From the IMG/VR virus record IMGVR_UViG_3300027834_000005, positions 1 through 64,000 of that record: a DNA stretch of 64,000 bases. One strand, written 5' to 3'. Shown one piece after another: positions 1-9,182 of the stretch; the first letter of the stretch is position 1, and each line of letters begins with the position of its first letter. The notes below the pieces were generated by a model. It was not told where the DNA came from. It did not search any database and worked only from the letters and a program-made list of their open reading frames with translations. The position numbers were made by a program, and so were the translations under genes.

Positions 1-58
1 TAGACGTTGATCGAAGAACCTATTATCCAAGGCTCATAGGTTCTTCGATCAACGTCTA
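1..58. repeat. Perfect 23-bp inverted repeat (1-23 / 36-58) with 12-nt loop
   Basis: TAGACGTTGATCGAAGAACCTAT (1-23) is the exact reverse complement of ATAGGTTCTTCGATCAACGTCTA (36-58); the left arm may extend beyond the window. Confidence 0.95.
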
Positions 59-1069
59 GGACAAAGTACTACGCTGACAGGTCGCTGTATCACTAAGCAC
101 ATGACAGCTAAGACTAATGAGATTTTGACAGGCGAGTATGATCATGGTGGCGTAACAGCTATCTACAATGATACTGACTCAACTTACTTTAGTGCATACC
201 CTGTGATGAAGGAAGAGATGGATCAATGGCCGGTTGAGAAGACCATTAAGTTCTACGATGAATTAGGCGAAGCAGTGAATGACACGTTCATTCAGTACAT
301 GGAAGATTCATTTCATGTGCCACCTATGTACGGTGAAGTTATCGCGGCAGCACGTGAGATCGTTTCTAAGAAAGGTCTCTTCATCAAGAAGAAAAGATAT
401 GCAACCTTAGTTGTGGATAACGAAGGTAAACGTATGGATATAGGCGGGAAAATGGGTAAGGTAAAAGTTACCGGACTCGATCTGCGTAGATCTGATACAG
501 TTAAGTATATTCAGGGGTTCTTAATGAACGTTCTAACATTGTTACTGGAAGGTTACGAGGAAGACGACATTATCAGCTATATCATAGCTTTCAAGAAAGA
601 TCTTGAGAAAATGGACCCGTGGACTTGGGGTAGACCATCTTCTGCTAATAAGCTAACCCATTATGGGAAGGCTAAAGAAGATGAGCTATCACGTAAGCTT
701 TCAGGTATGGATGGCACCAAAGGCTTTACGATACCGTCTCATGTGGCCGGTGCATTAAACTGGAACGAATTGTTAGTCATGGCAAACGACATGGAAACGA
801 TGAAGATTCCTGATGGTGCTAAGGTTATGTCATTGCCTTTGATAGAGGGCGCTGATAATCCATATAGCAGGGTTAGTTACCCAGTTGATGAAACTAGACT
901 ACCTACGTGGTTCTTAGAGCTACCGTTCGATGTTGATGAAATGATGAAAACTAACATTGATAAGAAGGTTAATAACCTTTTGGGTATAATGAATTGGGAT
1001 TTGTCCAGAACGGATTTGGACAATGAAGCTTTCGAAGAAATGTTCGTATATGACGATGATGATTGTTGA
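38..1069 (+). CDS. Family B DNA polymerase, C-terminal part (N-terminal part not in this frame or window)
   Basis: Frame reads RFFDQRLGQSTTLTGRCITKHM (post motif B), then YNDTDS (motif C), KKKRYA and KVTGLDLRRSD; open upstream of ATG 101; in-frame TGA at 8-10. Confidence 0.9.
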   Translation, partial: RFFDQRLGQSTTLTGRCITKHMTAKTNEILTGEYDHGGVTAIYNDTDSTYFSAYPVMKEEMDQWPVEKTIKFYDELGEAVNDTFIQYMEDSFHVPPMYGEVIAAAREIVSKKGLFIKKKRYATLVVDNEGKRMDIGGKMGKVKVTGLDLRRSDTVKYIQGFLMNVLTLLLEGYEEDDIISYIIAFKKDLEKMDPWTWGRPSSANKLTHYGKAKEDELSRKLSGMDGTKGFTIPSHVAGALNWNELLVMANDMETMKIPDGAKVMSLPLIEGADNPYSRVSYPVDETRLPTWFLELPFDVDEMMKTNIDKKVNNLLGIMNWDLSRTDLDNEAFEEMFVYDDDDC

Positions 1070-1095
1070 CACAGACAGTCATCATCTGTTATAAT
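1066..1095 (+). promoter_or_regulatory. sigma70-type promoter
   Basis: TTGACA-N18-TATAAT with TG extension; the -35 box contains the polymerase TGA stop. Confidence 0.8.
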
Positions 1096-1113
1096 ACAAT
1101 AAAGGAATTTTTA

Positions 1114-1866
1114 GTGGATAATATTATACACAGCAATCTTAAGGATGTGCTGAAACACACACACGGTTTAGGTTTCATAGACTTCGTGAAAATTGAGGGG
1201 AATGTCATTAAGGGCATCTCCGAAGATAAAGCGGTTGTAGTCCGTGGAAAACTAAAAGATACTATCTCAGACCTTGAAGGGCATAAGGTAGGGATGTCTA
1301 ATATGTCAGTGTTGAAAGGACTGTTAGACTTCCCTCCATTCCAAGAAGCAGATTCAGATATTCTTATCTCATGTGAAAATGATAAGAAGGGCGAATCTTA
1401 CCCTAGGAATGTTGTTTTTACATCTGGGTATAGTCACAAAGCACAATACACTTTTATGTCTGCTACCAATGCTGATAACAAAGTGAGAGTTCCAAAATTA
1501 GATAATATCAAATTTGATATTAGCTTTCAACCCTCCAGAAAGAACTTAAAGGATTTAAGTTATTTTAATGGAGTTTTAGGTTCCCTTCATAAGACCTTTA
1601 AGGTGACAATGGTTGGTGGTAAGTTGGACTTCGTCATAGGCGATGAAAACTCTACGCAGTCAATCATACCCATCGAAGATGGTCTGATGGGGATACTAAA
1701 AGCAGAGATGATCTTTCCTTTAAGCTACGTGCTTTCTGTACTTAAGTTGGCAGATACGTCACAGTGCGAAATATCTTTCTCTGATAAACGCGGGATGAAA
1801 ATACAAATAGACTCCGGTATCGGTGAGTATGTGTATTATTTCCCAACAAGGAAAAGGAGTTCATAA
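1114..1866 (+). CDS. Putative sliding clamp / processivity factor (gp45-like)
   Basis: ~250 aa, beta-rich, directly after polB; LKDVLKHTHGLGFIDFVKI resembles large-phage clamp N-termini (recollection); GTG start with AAGGAA RBS. Confidence 0.6.
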   Translation: MDNIIHSNLKDVLKHTHGLGFIDFVKIEGNVIKGISEDKAVVVRGKLKDTISDLEGHKVGMSNMSVLKGLLDFPPFQEADSDILISCENDKKGESYPRNVVFTSGYSHKAQYTFMSATNADNKVRVPKLDNIKFDISFQPSRKNLKDLSYFNGVLGSLHKTFKVTMVGGKLDFVIGDENSTQSIIPIEDGLMGILKAEMIFPLSYVLSVLKLADTSQCEISFSDKRGMKIQIDSGIGEYVYYFPTRKRSS

Positions 1867-1867
1867 C

Positions 1868-2557
1868 GTGTCGTATAAGATTACAAATTTAGACGGAACG
1901 GTCACAGTTAGTACCAATGGATATGGAAACCATACGCATAATTTGTCCTACCAAACACCGACAGGTGATATCAAGGTAGACTCAAATGGTTCTACGCTCA
2001 TATACGATGGCACTGAGTGGGTTAAAATGCATGATGGCACTATGACTAATACAGATACTATTAAAAAACTTATGGACAGTATGTACTTGTACTATCCAGA
2101 GAATACCGAGTACGATGAGACCTTAGCTATAGTAATTAATAACTATGTTGACTTTTTAAAAGAGCACGACTTTCAAATGATTGATCACGTGAAGGTTAAG
2201 CCGGAGCCGGTAGAGATAGAGGAAGACGACGAAGGCATTGCTGGATTTACATCTGGTTTTTATGGTCCTCAAGGTCCAACAGGCCATACTCAATCCATTG
2301 GTATGAGTGGACAACATTTGTCTATTGGGACAAGTGGCTCAGCGTGGGTATCTACCTCTCATACTCATGCCAATAAATCATACATGGATAATATATGGGG
2401 CGGTAATTCATATACCGAGACCAGATACTTATCTACTTGCGATGGTTTTATTATAATGAGAAATGGTTTAACTGGTAAAGAAACACAGACGTTATTTAAT
2501 CTTTATGATGAAATAAAATTCGTGGAGAAATTATCAGGTGATGGAGATAACGTATGA
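1868..2557 (+). CDS. Hypothetical protein
   Basis: ORF; AGGAG RBS before GTG 1868. Confidence 0.7.
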   Translation: MSYKITNLDGTVTVSTNGYGNHTHNLSYQTPTGDIKVDSNGSTLIYDGTEWVKMHDGTMTNTDTIKKLMDSMYLYYPENTEYDETLAIVINNYVDFLKEHDFQMIDHVKVKPEPVEIEEDDEGIAGFTSGFYGPQGPTGHTQSIGMSGQHLSIGTSGSAWVSTSHTHANKSYMDNIWGGNSYTETRYLSTCDGFIIMRNGLTGKETQTLFNLYDEIKFVEKLSGDGDNV

Positions 2558-2736
2558 AAGTAGAAATACACTTATATTCTCAGAGTAGACCTGTAATGCT
2601 AGCGGACGTAAAGAACACATACACCAAAGATAATTTATTTTGTGTTATGGATAAAGACGGTGTCGTACAGAAGTTTCCGTACTTACACATTTTTAGAGTT
2701 AAGGAGTATCCATGTACTACGCAGTCTGTTGGTTAG
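2554..2736 (+). CDS. Small hypothetical protein
   Basis: ATGA overlap with upstream stop; GGAG RBS. Confidence 0.65.
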   Translation: MKVEIHLYSQSRPVMLADVKNTYTKDNLFCVMDKDGVVQKFPYLHIFRVKEYPCTTQSVG

Positions 2737-3002
2737 ATACGTCTGATAGAAAATATGTTAAAGGTTGGTCTTTGCATCAAAACTCAGAGAGTGCTGAAAA
2801 CGTAAAGTTGAAAGACCTAAAAGGCAGTACAGCACATACGCGTACACCTCACGTATATAAAGTTAATGTGAGTGATGAAGCATTCGATGAAGACTTCTTC
2901 ATGGGTATATTAATGGATGGGTTCGCATACGTAGAAGAATCTGAACCTAAATGGCTTAGGGGCGATTCGTCCACTAGCTCAAAAACACATGTTGGAGATT
3001 AG
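2712..3002 (+). CDS. Hypothetical protein
   Basis: ORF in contiguous operon; AGGAG RBS. Confidence 0.65.
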   Translation: MYYAVCWLDTSDRKYVKGWSLHQNSESAENVKLKDLKGSTAHTRTPHVYKVNVSDEAFDEDFFMGILMDGFAYVEESEPKWLRGDSSTSSKTHVGD

Positions 3003-3003
3003 C

Positions 3004-3723
3004 ATGGCTAAGAAAAACAGATTACTACCTTTTGGCATTTGGCCAATGGCATGGGGAATGGCAGGAACAACTAGATTAGTAGCAGAAGCTGAATATTACT
3101 ATGATGGTATAGATTTGGAATTTGAACTATCAAAGATCAGTAATGCGGATGACTCTTCAGAGCATATGCGTGACTTACTACGAATTAAGCACAAGTATGA
3201 AGAAATTTCATTAGGTGAAATGGAAGTTGGTCTAGCAGAAATTGAATACTCTATTTCTGACAGCGACTTCAATAAATTGGCACTGTTAGAAGCACAGATG
3301 AACAACGACATGATCGAAGAAAAAGACCATGACTACGCGGTAGCTAAAATCAGAGATGATGAAGGTACGTGGTTAGGTGTTAAGCATAAACATGGTGAAA
3401 TAACAACTAACGAATTTGCCAAAGATATGGCTACGTTAAGGGGTGAGCCATGGGTCATGTTTACCGATATTAACCTTGACGGAGAAACTGGATCGATTGG
3501 AAACTTTGAACTTGACTGGAATGATAAGTTCATTGAAGTTATCAAGGCTGAAGGTCACGTAGCGTTGACCGATGAAGGGTGCGTTGACTTATGGTTGACT
3601 GAAGTTAGTAAGAATATCGCACTTGAAGAACTTAGCGGTACTGGCGTCTTTGATGACGACGCGGAAGAGTCATATTTGTTGAAAAAGAAAAGACTTTCTA
3701 ACGGTAAAAGCGAATACAAGTAA
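3004..3723 (+). CDS. Acidic hypothetical protein (probably conserved in large phages)
   Basis: ORF with GGAG RBS; LLPFGIWPMAWG N-terminus. Confidence 0.75.
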   Translation: MAKKNRLLPFGIWPMAWGMAGTTRLVAEAEYYYDGIDLEFELSKISNADDSSEHMRDLLRIKHKYEEISLGEMEVGLAEIEYSISDSDFNKLALLEAQMNNDMIEEKDHDYAVAKIRDDEGTWLGVKHKHGEITTNEFAKDMATLRGEPWVMFTDINLDGETGSIGNFELDWNDKFIEVIKAEGHVALTDEGCVDLWLTEVSKNIALEELSGTGVFDDDAEESYLLKKKRLSNGKSEYK

Positions 3724-3743
3724 AAACACACAGGGAGCCAAGG

Positions 3744-4730
3744 ATGGCTAATTACATATTAGTAGATTACATGAATATGGCTCACCGAGCTAAAAATGCG
3801 ATGTTTAACAGCGATCTGGACACCCAGATAGGCATGTCTATGCATATCATGTTTAACAGCATCAGGAAGGTCCACAATCAGTTTAGTGGGGACCATGTCC
3901 TTATCTGTACTGAGGGTAGTTCATGGCGTAAGAAGTTCTATACTGGTTACAAAAAGAACCGAGTACTAAAGAACCTTCAAAAGACCGAAGCTGAGAGAGA
4001 AGATGATAAGATCTTCATGGAAGCTATTGATGACATGGCGGTATTCTTCAACGAGAAGACCAATGCCACAGTTCTCAATAATCCAGAGGCCGAGGCGGAT
4101 GATATGATTGCTTTGTTCATTCAGGCTCATCCAAACGACACACATTTTATCATTAGCTCTGATCAGGATTACATCCAGTGCTTAGCTGAGAACGTGACCA
4201 TTTATAATGGCGTGTCTGAAGAGGTAATCAGATTGGATGGTTACTTCGACATAAAGGGTAAGCCTATTAAGGATAAGAAAGGTGACATTAAGTTGACGCC
4301 ATTACCTGAATACTCTTTGTTTGAAAAGTGCATACGTGGAGATGTTTCTGATAACATTTTCACTGCCTACCCTAGAGTTAGGAAAAAAGGCACAAAGAAC
4401 AAAGTAGGTATCATAGAAGCGTTTGACGACAGGTTGAATAAAGGGTATGATTGGAACAACTTTATGCTAACCAAGTGGACTGACCCTAATGGGGTAGAAC
4501 ACGTGGTACAAGACAAGTATGAGTTTAACAAGAGACTTATTGACTTAACTATGCAACCGGCTGACATCAAAGATAGATGTTTGGTGAGTATGGCTGAGTC
4601 TTTGGCTGAACCGAGGAAATCAAACGTCGGTATCCATTTCTTGAAATTCTGCTCAGCATGGAACTTGGATAATCTTTCTAAATATCCTGATGACTTCGCC
4701 ACTATGCTTAACAAGCCATACGTGTACTAG
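3744..4730 (+). CDS. rnh: RNase H-like / FEN 5'-3' nuclease (T4 Rnh-like)
   Basis: YILVDYMN, EGSSWRK..Y..YK.NR, EAEADDMIA, SSDQDY and GDVSDNI motifs of the 5'-3' exonuclease family. Confidence 0.85.
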   Translation: MANYILVDYMNMAHRAKNAMFNSDLDTQIGMSMHIMFNSIRKVHNQFSGDHVLICTEGSSWRKKFYTGYKKNRVLKNLQKTEAEREDDKIFMEAIDDMAVFFNEKTNATVLNNPEAEADDMIALFIQAHPNDTHFIISSDQDYIQCLAENVTIYNGVSEEVIRLDGYFDIKGKPIKDKKGDIKLTPLPEYSLFEKCIRGDVSDNIFTAYPRVRKKGTKNKVGIIEAFDDRLNKGYDWNNFMLTKWTDPNGVEHVVQDKYEFNKRLIDLTMQPADIKDRCLVSMAESLAEPRKSNVGIHFLKFCSAWNLDNLSKYPDDFATMLNKPYVY

Positions 4731-4738
4731 GGGTTATC

Positions 4739-5203
4739 ATGGAATATAAAGTAGAAATTAAAGACGAGCAAACATGGTCAGTAACAGACGACACAGGTAT
4801 CGACAAAGAGATAGTATTCTTTGATGAAAGCATGTACGTCACTGACGGAAACAAAGTCATAGTTGCTAAAGACGAAGACGAACTTGACCGAGTGTTATCT
4901 GGTAACCTACTTGCAAAAGAAGATGACAGATGCGAAGAGTATTACATCGGTGGGTACAGAGTATTAAACGCCAAGCCTTATGAAGAGGTAGTAGTTGAAG
5001 GTGTTGACTTACCACTGTACCGTAAGAGAGCGAACAGTGAAGTAATTTATGCGGCAGGGTTCTACTGCGTAAGATACGAAACTGGCTGGAAGCATGGTAC
5101 TAGTATCATGTTAAGCACACTTGAAAATTATGATTATCGTGGACCTTTCCACACAATGAATAAGGCGTATTCGTCTCTCCTTGAAGTAAGGAAGAAACGA
5201 TAG
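4739..5203 (+). CDS. Hypothetical protein
   Basis: ORF; C-terminal YAAGFYCV...YRGPF segment. Confidence 0.7.
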   Translation: MEYKVEIKDEQTWSVTDDTGIDKEIVFFDESMYVTDGNKVIVAKDEDELDRVLSGNLLAKEDDRCEEYYIGGYRVLNAKPYEEVVVEGVDLPLYRKRANSEVIYAAGFYCVRYETGWKHGTSIMLSTLENYDYRGPFHTMNKAYSSLLEVRKKR

Positions 5204-5225
5204 TCACCATATAGAGGGTATCGAC

Positions 5226-5582
5226 ATGGCTAGAAAAAATCACAGTGAAGAAGCCGGAGCAATGTATGACATATACTGGGACAGCGTTAATGCTGGTGGT
5301 AATGTGGCGCACATGTGGCAGAAAATGTATGATACCTCTATTTCTATGAAATTTGCTAAACTTAAAGGCATGCAGAAAGCGTATGCTGATTTGTCTAGTA
5401 AAGATTCTGAGCTATTGGCAGAGATCAACGCAGAGTTGAAATTGTCCGGTAGTATCGTCACGAAAGAAATCACCTTCTTATATAAAGACAGACTTAAGGT
5501 ATTGAAAAACAAATCTAAATTGGCCAGAAAGATACACGAAGAGAAATCTAGTATTATCAAGACTGGTGATGTGGATGATTGA
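5226..5582 (+). CDS. Hypothetical protein
   Basis: ORF with GAGG RBS. Confidence 0.65.
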   Translation: MARKNHSEEAGAMYDIYWDSVNAGGNVAHMWQKMYDTSISMKFAKLKGMQKAYADLSSKDSELLAEINAELKLSGSIVTKEITFLYKDRLKVLKNKSKLARKIHEEKSSIIKTGDVDD

Positions 5583-5787
5583 AAAAATACTTCAACATTT
5601 ATATTCATTCTCGTTTTTATATTTATTAGCCATGTACGGGGCCAGCGTTGGCTACATGTCACATACTTATGGTATGAGAATGGCAAGTGATTATTCCGCC
5701 ATAGTAATGATCATCTTAGGCTTCTCCGTATTAGGCATAATTAAACTATTGGAAATTATAGTATGGCTAAGAGAAAGAGTACAGTAA
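5566..5787 (+). CDS. Small membrane protein (2 TM)
   Basis: Two hydrophobic segments. Confidence 0.6.
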   Translation: MMWMIEKILQHLYSFSFLYLLAMYGASVGYMSHTYGMRMASDYSAIVMIILGFSVLGIIKLLEIIVWLRERVQ

Positions 5788-6020
5788 GAACAGTAAAGTT
5801 TTGGACTGGTAACGATGACCATACAGGTGACGAACCTTATCGTTATGACGTTAGTATTCATAACGTTGACATAGGTTACGTGATTAAACTAGGTAAACAC
5901 TGGAAAATGTTCTTTACAAACTCTTTAGTGTCTGTTACAATGGACGACTTGGAAGATTTATATAATGCAGTCCTCGATATAGAGGTCAAAGAAAGCATAG
6001 GTGATGATGATGGGAAGTAG
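5763..6020 (+). CDS. Hypothetical protein
   Basis: ORF in contiguous run. Confidence 0.6.
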   Translation: MAKRKSTVRTVKFWTGNDDHTGDEPYRYDVSIHNVDIGYVIKLGKHWKMFFTNSLVSVTMDDLEDLYNAVLDIEVKESIGDDDGK

Positions 6021-6207
6021 CAGCTCAGTTAATATAAATGGAATTAAAGTTGAAATCACAGATGGCGTCATACGCATAAACGACAAAAAAGTAGTGTATG
6101 TTGATGGTGACCCCACTGTAGAGAGAAGACGTCCATCCGCATCAGTATTCTGTTACGGTATGTGTGCGGGTTTAGTTCTGTCTATTATTGTGTATGCATT
6201 TTTCTAA
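6001..6207 (+). CDS. Small protein with C-terminal TM
   Basis: Hydrophobic C-terminus. Confidence 0.55.
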   Translation: MMMMGSSSSVNINGIKVEITDGVIRINDKKVVYVDGDPTVERRRPSASVFCYGMCAGLVLSIIVYAFF

Positions 6208-6370
6208 TTTAAAGGTGACGAAGATGACAAAAGAAGATATCAAAAAACAAAAACTGCCATGGGCACAGAAGATGCTACTTGGTTCAGTTGTATACGGCAC
6301 AGTCGTGTGCAGTCCAGCTATAATTACGTATGCCATGTGGCGACGTCGTAAGCATGGACCTAATGATTAA
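6188..6370 (+). CDS. Small membrane protein (true start may be downstream)
   Basis: One TM followed by basic WRRRKH. Confidence 0.5.
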   Translation: MCMHFSNLKVTKMTKEDIKKQKLPWAQKMLLGSVVYGTVVCSPAIITYAMWRRRKHGPND

Positions 6371-6617
6371 ACGTATTAGGCAATGCATCCGTAACTTTAT
6401 ATATTCTAAGGAAGATATAAAGACTCTCAGAGCCATAGAAAAGAAATCTGAGTTGATGGCTAAGTACGGTGGTAGAATGGTCGTGGTAGGTAGAGGAACT
6501 CTAACGGATTCTTTCGATACCGAGGAAGGTAGAATTGCATACTATGACGCGATATGTGAACCTTACAGAGAAGCCGTAAGAGAAATTGTAGAACAAGAAA
6601 GCAAACGTAATAGATAG
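6330..6617 (+). CDS. Hypothetical protein (start uncertain)
   Basis: ORF in contiguous run. Confidence 0.6.
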   Translation: MPCGDVVSMDLMIKRIRQCIRNFIYSKEDIKTLRAIEKKSELMAKYGGRMVVVGRGTLTDSFDTEEGRIAYYDAICEPYREAVREIVEQESKRNR

Positions 6618-6625
6618 GGATTTTT

Positions 6626-6877
6626 ATGTACGTTCATTCAGATTTACCAATAGCTGAGGGCGCTAAGCGATGCCCTTTTTGTGGTGCCCCAGAAGTATAC
6701 TATAATGATCATGGAAGGTCTTTTGGGCCAGACAATCATACCGTACACTGTAATGTTGTTTGTGTTTGCGGTGCAGAAGGCCCATCAGTTAACTTTGAGT
6801 TCGATGCAACTGAACCCAAATCAGCTATGGCAGCTGCTATAGAGGCGTGGGATTGTAGGAGTATCGCGGATTTGTGA
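6626..6877 (+). CDS. Lar-like (restriction alleviation family) Zn-finger protein
   Basis: CPFCG ... C-x-CGAEGP ... AAIEAWDCR matches the Lar_restr_allev pattern. Confidence 0.6.
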   Translation: MYVHSDLPIAEGAKRCPFCGAPEVYYNDHGRSFGPDNHTVHCNVVCVCGAEGPSVNFEFDATEPKSAMAAAIEAWDCRSIADL

Positions 6878-6883
6878 TAAATA
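6876..6883 (+). promoter_or_regulatory. T4-like late promoter candidate
   Basis: GATAAATA 30 nt upstream of ATG 6913 with AAGGA RBS. Confidence 0.55.
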
Positions 6884-6912
6884 GTGGTGTAGTTAACTAA
6901 AGGAATACACCC

Positions 6913-7224
6913 ATGGCAAGACCAGCACCTCATATTATTATGGAGGCGACAGATCCAGATACGTATAAATCAGAACAGATTTTAGAAGCTGAAGCGATTT
7001 ATGCTGTGTTCTATCAGAACAACCCTATTAACATCAAGACCGTTAATAAACTGGTGACCGCGCCTACTAAATATAAAAAGACAAGCTTCCAGAATCCTGG
7101 ATATGCACTCAATTTAGCAAAACGCCTAAATGAATTATTCCACACTGATGACTTCGTAGTACGAGTTATGGAAGGTGGGACTATTTATACTGGTAAAGTT
7201 GAAAGTGGCTTTTATGACGAATAA
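6913..7224 (+). CDS. Hypothetical protein (probably clade-conserved)
   Basis: MARPAP..YKSEQIL..IYAVFY..PINIK; strong RBS. Confidence 0.75.
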   Translation: MARPAPHIIMEATDPDTYKSEQILEAEAIYAVFYQNNPINIKTVNKLVTAPTKYKKTSFQNPGYALNLAKRLNELFHTDDFVVRVMEGGTIYTGKVESGFYDE

Positions 7225-7592
7225 TGTTACACTTAAAAGAGTTCAAAAGTAAGAAGGAGTGTACTAATCACATTAAGATACACACGCCTGAATTGGCGGA
7301 ATACGACAGTGATAAATTACAAAATGTGATATTCAAGCACCACAATACATACTCACTCAATCCGTATGGTAAGTTTCTATTATCTAAATATTATGAACAT
7401 TACATACATCCTTTCAAATGTACAACTCTTAAAGAAAAAATGATGCTTAACAGATTATTCGAGGCTCCTTATCATTATTGTGATAAGGGCCATGAATTGA
7501 CCCTCTTCGACAATGAAGTTTCATTCCTCATAAAGCTGTCCGGTGATGTTTCAGATTGGATAAGACAAGAGACTATTCGTCTAGATGTCTAA
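7224..7592 (+). CDS. Hypothetical protein
   Basis: TAATG overlap with upstream stop. Confidence 0.65.
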   Translation: MLHLKEFKSKKECTNHIKIHTPELAEYDSDKLQNVIFKHHNTYSLNPYGKFLLSKYYEHYIHPFKCTTLKEKMMLNRLFEAPYHYCDKGHELTLFDNEVSFLIKLSGDVSDWIRQETIRLDV

Positions 7593-8298
7593 TGTATTCA
7601 GTCATCAGATGATCTGTAATTGACTCGAATGGTGCTCTCAAATTTACTAACCTAAGTGAACATGCTAATAGCACATCACATAAAGTGTATAACTTTGATG
7701 GGTTTTTCTTGATCTTACCTGACGTGTTGATGTATAGGAACGTATCGCCCCTTACAGCAAACTTATACCTAACATGAAGTCTTGGTACTAGGTCACAGTT
7801 GTTCACTACTCGTATAAACTTAGAATTGCCTGCAGATGTCTTTTTCTTACAACTTCTGGCCTCACCAAAGGTATATACTGTAACGTTTTGTTCTTTAAAG
7901 CGTAAACCAAGTAACTTAGCTACTGACCCACCTAAAGAATGCCCAATGAAGAAAACTTTCTTATTGGTATGGTTGACAATTTCCGTAACATCCAATATGA
8001 TGTCCGTAACGCCTTCGTAGAACCCACTGTGTACTTCACCGACCTCTGGCATATATCTAACGTCAGTACCCCACACTTTTAATGTGTCTGCGAAGTCTTC
8101 GAACTCTTTACTACCACGTATTGTGAAAATTACATTTTCGTCATCTTCCAATACATAGCATTGAGTATTCATTACGTCTAGGAACTTATAGTCGTATTTA
8201 TGTTTACCGTTTTTTAGCTCTATGTCTGTTGTGCCGTGACTTGCAGCCGGATCACTATAAGCGAACCTCGCAATTGTTGCGGCGTCTAATATGTTCAT
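7573..8298 (-). CDS. Class 3 lipase / alpha-beta hydrolase
   Basis: TIRGS, VHSGF, GHSLGG nucleophile elbow, TFG, DLVP (Asp), DHLM (His); AAGGAG RBS before ATG 8298. Confidence 0.85.
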   Translation of the reverse strand: MNILDAATIARFAYSDPAASHGTTDIELKNGKHKYDYKFLDVMNTQCYVLEDDENVIFTIRGSKEFEDFADTLKVWGTDVRYMPEVGEVHSGFYEGVTDIILDVTEIVNHTNKKVFFIGHSLGGSVAKLLGLRFKEQNVTVYTFGEARSCKKKTSAGNSKFIRVVNNCDLVPRLHVRYKFAVRGDTFLYINTSGKIKKNPSKLYTLCDVLLACSLRLVNLRAPFESITDHLMTEYIRHLDE

Positions 8299-8323
8299 GT
8301 TGTATCTCCTTTTACTTATTAAG

Positions 8324-8331
8324 TATTTATC
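8324..8331 (-). promoter_or_regulatory. T4-like late promoter candidate for the lipase gene
   Basis: GATAAATA on the minus strand ~25 nt before ATG 8298. Confidence 0.55.
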
Positions 8332-8336
8332 TTCTA

Positions 8337-8365
8337 TTGACAATGCGTAAAAACCACCATATAAT
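8337..8365 (+). promoter_or_regulatory. sigma70-type promoter for the sigma-factor gene
   Basis: TTGACA-N17-TATAAT, perfect consensus. Confidence 0.85.
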
Positions 8366-8399
8366 AGCACAAATTGAAAAACTACACAAGAAGAGATTA

Positions 8400-9173
8400 A
8401 TGACGTACTCTGAGAAATATAAAATTCTAACCGACCTTTACTTCAACAAAGGCGACAAATCAGCACTCGATAAAATGCTCCAAATGGCACGTGGTGCTTT
8501 TTTCCGTGAAGCAAATAAGCATAGTATAGAACCTGACATTAAAGAAGAATTCGCACAAGATGCTATGGTGCAGATACTTGAAGCAGTAGAAGACTTTGAT
8601 TTTGAGAAGTCTGATAACTTCAGTGGTATTGTTGGTACTATAATCACTAGAAAAATGCACGCTATGCGGTTTAATGTTGCACATCCTAATGTACCAGCTC
8701 ACGCTAGAAAAAAGCTTACGAAATCTAAGCTTTTCGCAGAGTCTGATTATGGTAAGAAGGACGTGAAGGTTGGTACGGTAACACATTCCGCTGAAAGTAT
8801 AGCAGCAGCCAATGCCTTCCTTAATGTGCGAGTGGTGAGCACTGAAAAGAAAATGACTGAAGACGGCGATACCCTAGGCTCCATTTTACCTAGTGAGGCT
8901 CTTCAAGTAGACGAAGTTATGGAAGGGGATGAATCCAATAACGCCCTTGTTCATGTAATTAGTCTGCTGTCTGATAAAGAACAGAAAATGATTAAAGATC
9001 ACTTTGGCGACGGAATAACATATACCGATATTGCTAAAAGTGATGGTGTGTCCCCTCAAGCAGTACACCTTAGATACTTAAAAGTACTGAAGAAAGTGAA
9101 CGTTGCTCTCACAGAACGTGGTGAAAACTACGTAGATATGAGAGAATGCATTAATCAAGCTAAACTATTCTAG
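8400..9173 (+). CDS. Phage-encoded sigma-70-family factor (regions 2 and 4)
   Basis: Region 2-like EEFAQDAMVQILEAVEDFDFEKSDNFS; region 4 HTH LSDKEQKMI..HFGDGITYTDIAKSDGVSPQAVHL; start set at ATG 8400, downstream of the promoter. Confidence 0.8.
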   Translation: MTYSEKYKILTDLYFNKGDKSALDKMLQMARGAFFREANKHSIEPDIKEEFAQDAMVQILEAVEDFDFEKSDNFSGIVGTIITRKMHAMRFNVAHPNVPAHARKKLTKSKLFAESDYGKKDVKVGTVTHSAESIAAANAFLNVRVVSTEKKMTEDGDTLGSILPSEALQVDEVMEGDESNNALVHVISLLSDKEQKMIKDHFGDGITYTDIAKSDGVSPQAVHLRYLKVLKKVNVALTERGENYVDMRECINQAKLF

Positions 9174-9182
9174 GAGAACAAC

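Noticed and set aside
1-58. Hairpin telomere or group I intron P10 pairing
   Set aside because: It lies inside a polymerase coding region and the 23-bp perfect arm is atypical of P10; no intron core is visible. Kept only as an unresolved fold-back.
8229-8399. Longer N-terminus of the sigma factor from the ORF track
   Set aside because: It overlaps the lipase start and the perfect promoter at 8337; ATG 8400 is the better start.
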